Positions 58,210 to 64,000 of a DNA stretch of 64,000 nucleotides are shown piece by piece (within the stretch, counting starts at the first letter, position 1; each line of letters begins with the position of its first letter). The notes under the pieces are model-generated. The model was not told where the DNA came from and ran no database searches. It worked only from the letters and a program-made list of their open reading frames with translations. Origin of the DNA: a virus; IMG/VR virus record IMGVR_UViG_3300044641_010298, positions 40,213-104,212 of that record, one strand, 5' to 3'. Both the position numbers and the translations under genes were made by a program.

Positions 58210-58404
58210 TCAGTCCTTACACTTCTCACAGATGTACAGCTGATTGGCCGGCCAGTTCGCCTCGTAGGTGCCACACCACTTGCAGTCACGGCCCCAGTCC
58301 TTCGCCGACCCGACCATGTTCGCCTGAATGATGCGGGAGGGGCTGTGGGCCGCCTGGCGGCGCTTGGCGGTGGCGGCACGGGGATTGAAGAAGAGCTTGT
58401 CCAT
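58210..58404 (-). CDS. Zn-finger cassette protein
   Basis: 'CKWC...CEKC'. Confidence 0.7.
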   Translation of the reverse strand: MDKLFFNPRAATAKRRQAAHSPSRIIQANMVGSAKDWGRDCKWCGTYEANWPANQLYICEKCKD

Positions 58405-58457
58405 TCTGTCCTCCTTGGCCTGATTATTCTACCATCCGTACCGCCGCCCGCACGAGC

Positions 58458-58694
58458 TCAGTACATTGAGGCCAGGATGTCCATCTCACTGAAGCCGAAG
58501 GGGAACGGCTTGATCTGGTGGCTGAGCTCGGCCATGGCGACCAGGTGGTGCCCGCGGCCGGTGAAGGTGCAGACCACCATGTCGTTCCCGTAGTCGCCCT
58601 CCCACTGCTCGACCTTCAGGCCGAGCTCCTGGGCCAGGCTGAGGAAGCGGGGCAGGGTGTCCTTCGAGATGTTGATGTCGAGGTTCTTGGTCAT
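58458..58694 (-). CDS. cassette hypothetical protein
   Basis: MTKNLDINI...; GGAGG SD. Confidence 0.7.
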   Translation of the reverse strand: MTKNLDINISKDTLPRFLSLAQELGLKVEQWEGDYGNDMVVCTFTGRGHHLVAMAELSHQIKPFPFGFSEMDILASMY

Positions 58695-58706
58695 TCTGTC
58701 CTCCAG

Positions 58707-58725
58707 GGCGGGGTCCATCCCCTCC
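58707..58725 (-). promoter_or_regulatory. AUGGA-loop leader hairpin (copy 3)
   Basis: GGAGGGG-AUGGA-CCCCGCC (one mismatch). Confidence 0.65.
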
Positions 58726-58768
58726 ACCTTGCTTGGATATTGTACCATGCCGCCGGTAAGTCGCACGA

Positions 58769-59050
58769 CTAGGGGGAAACTGCCGTCTTGACCTCCTTCT
58801 TGGTGTAGGGGTGGGTGTACCGGACGATGAGCTCGATCGAGTCTTCATAGGACCATCGGGCATCGACCACCACTGCCTTCAGGTCATGGAGCTGGGTCTG
58901 ACCGGTGGTGGGGTCCTTCAGCTTCCGCTGGATGGTGATGAAACGGTGGACCAGCGGGAGGAAGGCCTGGTCGAGGGCCTTCTGGCGGTAGTCAGCTAAG
59001 AGGTCGTGGGCGGTGGTGGTGAAGGTCTCGAGCTCGTCGGGGGTGATCAT
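58769..59050 (-). CDS. cassette hypothetical protein
   Basis: 93 aa; AAGGAGG SD. Confidence 0.75.
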   Translation of the reverse strand: MITPDELETFTTTAHDLLADYRQKALDQAFLPLVHRFITIQRKLKDPTTGQTQLHDLKAVVVDARWSYEDSIELIVRYTHPYTKKEVKTAVSP

Positions 59051-59099
59051 TCTGTCCTCCTTGCTCCCTTATCATACCATCAGGTGTCGGCCTCGCACG

Positions 59100-59126
59100 A
59101 AACGGCCGCCCCCGAAGGGGCGGCCG
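59100..59126 (-). terminator. UUCG-loop hairpin/terminator
   Basis: CGGCCGCCCC-TTCG-GGGGCGGCCG followed by TTT, abutting the next promoter. Confidence 0.65.
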
Positions 59127-59138
59127 GCCGAGCTCCCA

Positions 59139-59588
59139 TCAGGCAAGGAGGAGGAGGAGCTCGGACTTGTTGAGGTCGGAGTAGCCCTTGAGGCCACGGT
59201 CCTTCGCACGGGCCTTCAGCTGGGGGACCGTCAGGGCGGTGAGGTCCTCGTGCGTCGGGGTCGGGTCCACGACCAGGTCGAGGAGGACCGGCTCGACCGG
59301 GGCCTCGACCTTCACGGTGACCGTGAGGTCGGCGGGGTCGGCCGCCTTCCGGGGCCGCTTGAGGGGCGCCGGGGTCATGTCGAGGCCGGCCTCGCGGACG
59401 GCCTTCTTGGCCGCGTGACCGACCGCGATCCGGGCCCCACGGTCGAGGTCACGGGCCGTGACGTGCATGAGGACCTTCGAGCCCCACTGGAGGCGGGTGG
59501 CGACGAAGGGGACATCGCCGATCGTGCCGACCACGGTGGGGGTGCCATCGACGGAGGTGACGGAGCTGATGGTGATGTTCTTGGCCAT
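59139..59588 (-). CDS. cassette protein family B with C-terminal Rho-N/HeH-like domain
   Basis: 'LQWGSKVLMHVT'; 'LTALTVPQLKARAKDRGLKGYSDLNKSEL'. Confidence 0.85.
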   Translation of the reverse strand: MAKNITISSVTSVDGTPTVVGTIGDVPFVATRLQWGSKVLMHVTARDLDRGARIAVGHAAKKAVREAGLDMTPAPLKRPRKAADPADLTVTVKVEAPVEPVLLDLVVDPTPTHEDLTALTVPQLKARAKDRGLKGYSDLNKSELLLLLA

Positions 59589-59657
59589 TTGTTCTTTCCT
59601 TGGTTGGTGGTGGGTGGCTTGATCATTATACCAGGTCAGCGGCATCCCGCACGGGAC

Positions 59658-59810
59658 CTATTCGGCGGCCAGGTCCTGGGCGGTCTCGAGGAGGCTGTCG
59701 ATCGTCTCGAGGTCGAGGCCGGACCAGAGGCCTCGGCTGATCAGGGTCGCCGTGTCCGCCCCGCCCTTGATTGCCGCCGCCGCCTGATCGATGAAGTCGT
59801 GATGAGCCAT
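59658..59810 (-). CDS. 50-aa cassette protein family C
   Basis: MAHHDFIDQ...ISRGLWSGLDLETIDSLL. Confidence 0.75.
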   Translation of the reverse strand: MAHHDFIDQAAAAIKGGADTATLISRGLWSGLDLETIDSLLETAQDLAAE

Positions 59811-59864
59811 TCTGTCCTCCTTACTCTGTTATTCTACCACCACTCTGTCTGCCCGCACGAACCC

Positions 59865-60038
59865 TCAGTACCCCCGGTGCGTGATCCGCTGGCCGACCAG
59901 GTTGAACACCTGCCCACAGGCGCACCGGGCACCGTCATGGGTGATGGTGAACGACTTGCCCGTCTCCTCGCACGCCACCCGGGTCCGGACCCGCTCCTTG
60001 CCGTTCACCGTGATCGTCACTTGGGTCTTCGTGTGCAT
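59865..60038 (-). CDS. Zn-ribbon-like cassette protein
   Basis: MHTKTQ...'CACGQVFNLVGQ'. Confidence 0.65.
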   Translation of the reverse strand: MHTKTQVTITVNGKERVRTRVACEETGKSFTITHDGARCACGQVFNLVGQRITHRGY

Positions 60039-60053
60039 GCTGCCCTCCTTCTC

Positions 60054-60072
60054 GACGGTGTCCATCACTGTC
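60054..60072 (-). promoter_or_regulatory. AUGGA-loop leader hairpin (copy 4)
   Basis: GACAGUG-AUGGA-CACCGUC (compensatory A-U, one mismatch). Confidence 0.6.
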
Positions 60073-60121
60073 CCCTTGATGATTCAGTTATACCAGGTGG
60101 GGGTCACCGTTGCACGAACCC

Positions 60122-60319
60122 TCAGCCGTTCGCCGGGGCCTCGTAGTTCCGGAGGTTGAACTCGCGGAGGGCGGCGCAGGTCTCCTTGTGGATGCCCCTC
60201 TCCTCGGCGAGCTTGAAGAGGGCGTTCGCGATGTCGGCGGTCTCCTTGGAGTCCAGGCCGTAGTTGACGTAGGCCTGGGTGGTGAGGCCGATGAGCTGAG
60301 CGATCTGGTTGGCGTTCAT
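60122..60319 (-). CDS. cassette hypothetical protein
   Basis: 65 aa; AAGGAGG SD. Confidence 0.75.
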   Translation of the reverse strand: MNANQIAQLIGLTTQAYVNYGLDSKETADIANALFKLAEERGIHKETCAALREFNLRNYEAPANG

Positions 60320-60371
60320 TCTGTCCTCCTTGCTCTGTTATTCTACCAGGTCGTGGGCCGCCCGCACGGGC

Positions 60372-60563
60372 TCAGCGGATCCAGCGAACCTCGACATCCA
60401 CCCACCGGTTGCCGTCCGGGTCGCCCGGGCTCGCCGCGACGATCTTGGCGCTGAGAACCCAGCGCCCCGGGTGCTCGGCCTCGAACTGGGCCTTCGCTGC
60501 GAGGATCGTCTCGCGGATATCGGCCGAGGTCTGGAAGAAGCGGATCTGATTGACGTGGGTCAC
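60372..60563 (-). CDS. cassette hypothetical protein
   Basis: 63 aa; AAGGAGG SD, GTG start. Confidence 0.7.
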   Translation of the reverse strand: MTHVNQIRFFQTSADIRETILAAKAQFEAEHPGRWVLSAKIVAASPGDPDGNRWVDVEVRWIR

Positions 60564-60616
60564 GATTACCTCCTTGCTCAGTTATTCTACCATCCGCTCC
60601 CCAGCCCGCACGAGCC

Positions 60617-60898
60617 TCAGTCGTGGGAGCCACGGCACCGGACCCCGTGGTCGGGGCAGCTGTAGCTGACGATGCAGCAGCACGGGACCTCCTCGGCCTT
60701 CGGGCAGCAGCGGCCACCGCTGATGGTCTCGGTCACCTGGCGTGCGTGGTGGGTCCAGGCGATGGGGGTCGGAGTGCCGCGGCCGAGGGAGGACCGCACC
60801 CGGGTGTTGAAGTCCTCCGGGCTCACTCCGAAGATTCCGGCCGAGGTCTGAAGCGCCTTGTAGTCCGCCCGGTACTGCTCGATCGACTTCGTCTTCAT
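60617..60898 (-). CDS. Cys-rich cassette protein
   Basis: 'CCPKA...CCC...SCPDHG..C.GSHD'; start MKTKS. Confidence 0.7.
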   Translation of the reverse strand: MKTKSIEQYRADYKALQTSAGIFGVSPEDFNTRVRSSLGRGTPTPIAWTHHARQVTETISGGRCCPKAEEVPCCCIVSYSCPDHGVRCRGSHD

Positions 60899-60951
60899 CT
60901 TGCCTCCTAGCTCTGTTATTGTACCACCCACTTGCCAACCCGCACGAGACC

Positions 60952-61092
60952 CTAGAACGGGGCCGTGCCGCTGTCGACCTGGGCCACCCAGGCCCAGAAG
61001 GTCTCGAGCTCCTCCGGGGTGGGGTCCTCGAGCCCCACCACCTCTTCATCATCACCACCGAAGTCGATGTCATCCACGATCAGGTCGCGCAT
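60952..61092 (-). CDS. 46-aa highly acidic peptide
   Basis: MRDLIVDDIDFGGDDEEVVGLEDPTPEELETFWAWVAQVDSGTAPF. Confidence 0.6.
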   Translation of the reverse strand: MRDLIVDDIDFGGDDEEVVGLEDPTPEELETFWAWVAQVDSGTAPF

Positions 61093-61177
61093 CTTGCCTC
61101 CGTAAAGCCATCATACCATCACAGTCGTGGCGCGCACGGGCAGCGCGTCGTGCGGGTGCAGCTCGCCCGGTGTAGGG

Positions 61178-61327
61178 TTAGGGCGGTGGCGGCCCGCTGC
61201 GGAGGCGGTCGACGACGGCCGCGACGACTCGGTAGCTGACGTCGAGCAGAGCTCCGGCAGCGTAGAAGGCGAGGCCGGTCGCCACAGCGGCAGCGACCAG
61301 GGCACAGACGGTGTTGACCAGTGACAT
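61178..61327 (-). CDS. 49-aa membrane peptide
   Basis: MSLVNTVCALVAAAVATGLAFYAAGALLD... Confidence 0.5.
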   Translation of the reverse strand: MSLVNTVCALVAAAVATGLAFYAAGALLDVSYRVVAAVVDRLRSGPPPP

Positions 61328-61328
61328 G

Positions 61329-61622
61329 TCAGCCCTCGTATCCGGCCGCGACGCAGCCGTTGATCCACTCGAAGAACATCTTCTGGCCGCTGATCCGGCT
61401 CACCTCATCACCGAGCTCGAGCCACCAGTCCAGGGGATTCGGGTGGTTGTAGTCGTTCGGGATCCCGGTCCCCTCGTGGATGATGCAGACCAGGGAGCCC
61501 TTCCGGCTCCAGCCGCCCGGGTCCTGCCCACCGCGGAAGACCATCTTGTTCACGTCCAGGTCCAGGCCCAGCTCCTTGCCGGCGATCTTGAGGGCGTGTT
61601 TCGTGGCGACGTAGGGGCTCAT
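61329..61622 (-). CDS. cassette hypothetical protein
   Basis: 97 aa; 'DPGGWS', 'FFEWIN'. Confidence 0.75.
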   Translation of the reverse strand: MSPYVATKHALKIAGKELGLDLDVNKMVFRGGQDPGGWSRKGSLVCIIHEGTGIPNDYNHPNPLDWWLELGDEVSRISGQKMFFEWINGCVAAGYEG

Positions 61623-61752
61623 TCCTTTCCTCCTTGCCTCGTTATTCTACCATGTGCTGGGCGCTGCGCACGGGCGCAGGATGCTGGGCGCTCGATAACC
61701 TGGGCGCAAGATGAGCGCTCGACAGCGAGCGCCCACCCCGGACCCGGAGGTC

Positions 61753-62079
61753 TCAGGCCTCGAGCTCGACCTCGAAGACCACCTCGGACAGGGCCACCGG
61801 CTCGGAAGGGGCGGCCTCGGAGGCCTCGACCTTGGTCTTCCGGGGGCGCTTGAGGGGGGCCGGGGTGAGGTCGATGCCCTGGGCACGGACGGCCTTCTTG
61901 GCCGCATGTCCGATCGAGATTCGGGTGCCCCGATCGAAGTCACCACCGGTCACGTGCATGAGGACCTTGCCGCCCCACTGGAGCTGGGAGGCCTGGAAGC
62001 TCTGCTCACCGACCGTGCCGAAGACCACCGCCTTGCCGTCCACCACCGTCACGTCAGAGATCTTGATGTCCTTGGCCAT
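61753..62079 (-). CDS. cassette protein family B
   Basis: 'LQWGGKVLMHVTGGDFDRGTRISIGHAAKK'. Confidence 0.85.
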   Translation of the reverse strand: MAKDIKISDVTVVDGKAVVFGTVGEQSFQASQLQWGGKVLMHVTGGDFDRGTRISIGHAAKKAVRAQGIDLTPAPLKRPRKTKVEASEAAPSEPVALSEVVFEVELEA

Positions 62080-62149
62080 TTGATTTCCCCTTGATTGTTG
62101 CCGTGATTGGCTTGGTTATTGTACCAGGTTCCCCGTCATTCGCACGGGA

Positions 62150-62377
62150 TCAGCGTTCGTATTCCTTGTACCGGCGCTGGATCTCAGCCACCTCTTTGCG
62201 GACGATTCGTGCGAGGGCCTCGCGGGCGTTCTGATCGTGCGACAGGGTGAAGGCGAGGCACTTGACCATCGTCTGGGCGACGACCGTCGAGCTCGCACCG
62301 GCGAAGCTGTCACCTTCGAGATCCATGTCGCACCAATCCACGAGGATGTCAGCGAGCTGAGCCATATCCGTGTCCAT
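62150..62377 (-). CDS. cassette hypothetical protein
   Basis: MDTDMAQL...; alternative in-frame start 62404 in hairpin loop. Confidence 0.65.
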   Translation of the reverse strand: MDTDMAQLADILVDWCDMDLEGDSFAGASSTVVAQTMVKCLAFTLSHDQNAREALARIVRKEVAEIQRRYKEYER

Positions 62378-62392
62378 GATTCCTTCCTCCAG

Positions 62393-62411
62393 GGCGGGGT
62401 CCATCCCCGCT
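62393..62411 (-). promoter_or_regulatory. AUGGA-loop leader hairpin (copy 5)
   Basis: GCGGGG-AUGGA-CCCCGC. Confidence 0.7.
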
Positions 62412-62456
62412 GCCTTGCTTGATCATTGTATCACTGTATCAGTCCGTCGCACGGGA

Positions 62457-62696
62457 TCACCAGATGACGAGCACCGCGATCTTGCCGTTCTCATCGTCCT
62501 GGTTGAACTCCGGCTCCTTGTCGGAGGGTTCCCAGTCATCCAGCTCGTCATCAGTCAGATCCGAGGTGTCATCGGACCAGGTGCCCCGAGAGACCTGGAC
62601 GATGTCCTCGGGATCACCCCGCTCCGGGTCCAGGACCTGGACCTTCATGTCCTGGGGGAGAGCCTGGAGCTCCTTGATCAGTTCCGAAACAGTCAT
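62457..62696 (-). CDS. acidic cassette protein (MTVxELIxxLxxxPxD type)
   Basis: 79 aa; AAGGAGG SD. Confidence 0.75.
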   Translation of the reverse strand: MTVSELIKELQALPQDMKVQVLDPERGDPEDIVQVSRGTWSDDTSDLTDDELDDWEPSDKEPEFNQDDENGKIAVLVIW

Positions 62697-62747
62697 GATT
62701 GCCTCCTTGCTTGATCATTGTATCACCCGCCCAGCCTGGCGCACGGG

Positions 62748-63098
62748 TCAGAGGCGGCCCTTGTGGTTCGTTCCGATCGAGCCGCTCTCGCCCACCTTCC
62801 TGAACTTCAGATTGCCCATGTAGCTGTTGCTGTTGGACATCTGACAGGCCTTACCCACGTTCTGTCCGCTGTTGGATCGCCACGCCTTCACATAGGCAGC
62901 TCGATCCTTCTCAGATCCGAAGGCGAGGACGGTGACGCCCACACCCTTTCCGTCACCGGCCGCGACCCCGGCATAAGGGACCGCCGTCTCGGTGCCCAGC
63001 TCCTCCACGCAGTCTGGGCACTCGTTGATCCGCCCGCCGATCGAGCGCTTCTGAGGAGAGGTGTGATCGAACGAGACCCCGCAGTGCTTGCAGTCCAT
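62748..63098 (-). CDS. Zn-ribbon cassette protein
   Basis: 'MDCKHCG...ECPDC'; AGGAGG SD. Confidence 0.75.
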   Translation of the reverse strand: MDCKHCGVSFDHTSPQKRSIGGRINECPDCVEELGTETAVPYAGVAAGDGKGVGVTVLAFGSEKDRAAYVKAWRSNSGQNVGKACQMSNSNSYMGNLKFRKVGESGSIGTNHKGRL

Positions 63099-63120
63099 TA
63101 TGCCTCCTGCGCTTATTGTA

Positions 63121-63330
63121 TCAGGTGTTGTCAGTGTCGCACGCCCCGCGGCAAGCCTTCCGGCTCGCTTCCCGCCGCTTGTCCGGTCGGACGCTGTGCT
63201 CACCCCGCCAGTCAGCCGGGGTGCCGCCGGCTGCGAAGTGGGCAGCTCGATCGAATCCCCGAAGGAGGCGGAGGGTGTCCAGCCGCTTCAGGGTGGTGGC
63301 CTTCAGGGTGTGGCGATTCGTGTGTGCCAT
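63121..63330 (-). CDS. basic cassette protein
   Basis: 69 aa; 'WRG......DKRREASRKACRG'. Confidence 0.7.
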   Translation of the reverse strand: MAHTNRHTLKATTLKRLDTLRLLRGFDRAAHFAAGGTPADWRGEHSVRPDKRREASRKACRGACDTDNT

Positions 63331-63380
63331 GATTCCTCCTTGCTCCTATATTGTATCAGGCTGCGGAGGACCCGCACGGG

Positions 63381-63545
63381 TTAGAACACCGTCTCATCCA
63401 GCGGCAGGGCGACGACCGGGCCTTCCCAGCCGGCCGGGACGTAGATCGCTTCCGCCTCGAGTCCACCGGTGTAGACGCGGCCCTCGAGCGTGGGGGCCTT
63501 CGCGACGTTGAAGAGGGTGGCGAGGAAGAGGATGATGGTGTTCAT
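63381..63545 (-). CDS. 54-aa protein with signal-like N-terminus
   Basis: MNTIILFLATLFNVAKA...; AAGGAG SD. Confidence 0.6.
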   Translation of the reverse strand: MNTIILFLATLFNVAKAPTLEGRVYTGGLEAEAIYVPAGWEGPVVALPLDETVF

Positions 63546-63589
63546 TGATGTCTCCTTGGTTCTGGTCTGGTGGGTGGTGCCTGGTTATT

Positions 63590-63721
63590 CTACTTGGTGG
63601 AACCGGTGACGCACGCGCGATGGTTCGACAGACCGACGCAGGCGGTGGACCCCTTCAGGCTCACAGTGACACCGAGGTAGAGAGCGAGGCCGATCGCGGC
63701 GACAATGATCAGAAGCTTCAT
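63590..63721 (-). CDS. 43-aa membrane peptide
   Basis: MKLLIIVAAIGLALYLGVTVSLKG...; AAGGAGG SD. Confidence 0.55.
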   Translation of the reverse strand: MKLLIIVAAIGLALYLGVTVSLKGSTACVGLSNHRACVTGSTK

Positions 63722-63733
63722 CTTGTCCTCCTT

Positions 63734-63752
63734 GGCGGTGTCCATCACCGCC
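63734..63752 (-). promoter_or_regulatory. AUGGA-loop leader hairpin (copy 6)
   Basis: GGCGGUG-AUGGA-CACCGCC, identical to copy 1. Confidence 0.7.
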
Positions 63753-63803
63753 GCCTTGGTTGGTTACCTGCCCATTGTATCACCGCGCCTGGGCGGCGCA
63801 CGA

Positions 63804-63989
63804 TCAGAACTCGTTTGGCCGCGCGCTCTGGTGCATCTTCTTGAGGATCTCCTGCTCGCGGGCATCGATCTCCGCCTCGCGTCGGACGAAGGCCTCGGTC
63901 GCCTGCTTCAGCCGGCGGGCGGTGAGCCAGAGCATCGAGGTGTAGACACCGGTGATCGCAGCGATCGCAGCGATGGGCCCCATGATCAC
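63804..63989 (-). CDS. membrane-anchored small protein
   Basis: 61 aa; TM helix plus coiled coil; GGAGG SD. Confidence 0.6.
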   Translation of the reverse strand: MIMGPIAAIAAITGVYTSMLWLTARRLKQATEAFVRREAEIDAREQEILKKMHQSARPNEF

Positions 63990-64000
63990 GCCTCCCCATA

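Larger units (their letters stand above)
45545..63804 (-). promoter_or_regulatory. dispersed repeat: ~36 copies of cassette promoter (minus strand CCCGTGC-N15-TGG-TANAAT)
   Basis: Plus-strand pattern AT(T/C)NTA(C/T)CA-N15-GCACG. Copies start at 45545(var), 46764, 46966, 47228, 47580, 49625, 50131(var), 52436, 52659, 53032, 53513, 54600, 54944, 55227, 55927, 57316, 57964, 58178, 58426, 58739, 59071, 59625, 59831, 60087(N16), 60340, 60584, 60918, 61110, 61644, 62118, 62425, 62717, 63115, 63350, 63587, 63774. Confidence 0.9.

Noticed and set aside
45545-63804. CRISPR array interpretation of the repeated element
   Set aside because: The repeat is a gapped two-box motif, and the intervening segments are 150-2300 nt and contain ORFs with SDs; no cas operon is present.
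45545-63804. Classical integron attC array
   Set aside because: No RYYYAAC...GTTRRRY imperfect palindromes at the junctions and no integrase in the window; the similarity is only architectural.
45004-63999. Numerous plus-strand and alternative-frame ORFs in the GC-rich region (e.g. 59013..60146, 55928..56605, 45004..45435)
   Set aside because: Shadow ORFs of high-GC DNA: they lack SDs, are Arg/Pro/Gly-rich and overlap minus-strand genes that have promoter and SD.
1-64000. tRNA/rRNA genes and alternative genetic code
   Set aside because: No tRNA cloverleaf with T-loop consensus was noticed by eye. Genes are full length in code 11 and all three stop codons are used.

Overview
The window is part of a large tailed-phage (myovirus-like) genome, almost entirely coded on the minus strand, in three blocks. 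(1) 1-39 kb, visibly AT-rich: baseplate/virion genes (gp7/LamG-like, gp6-like, gp25-like, spike-like), a gp55-like sigma factor, a ~16 kb glycan-synthesis island (GT4/GT2, gmd, fcl, ugd-like, rfbB-like, DegT, methyltransferases), fibre-like proteins, PIN-PhoH, a stand-alone sigma region-4 protein, an Hc1-like protein, a degenerate chaperonin and a yeaH-spoVR-prkA trio. (2) 39.4-48.8 kb: about 12 otherwise unrelated proteins share an N-terminal M-x-I-x-E-x-x-L-R-x-I-I-x-E-E leader, and most have an ATAnnTA late-promoter-like motif. (3) From an abrupt palindrome-rich boundary at ~45.0-45.3 kb to the end: a GC-rich array of >50 tiny genes. It is organised as ~36 cassettes, each headed by the same element CCCGTGC-N15-TGG-TANAAT and a strong SD, usually starting 0-3 nt after the previous stop codon. 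Six cassettes also carry a covarying AUGGA-loop hairpin. An AT-rich HNH gene inserted in the array is preceded by a cloverleaf whose loop and bulge are complementary to its own translation-start region (P4 CI/P1 c4-like). All product calls come from motifs recognised by eye. No database searches were run, and coordinates of elements and small ORFs not in the ORF track were counted by hand.
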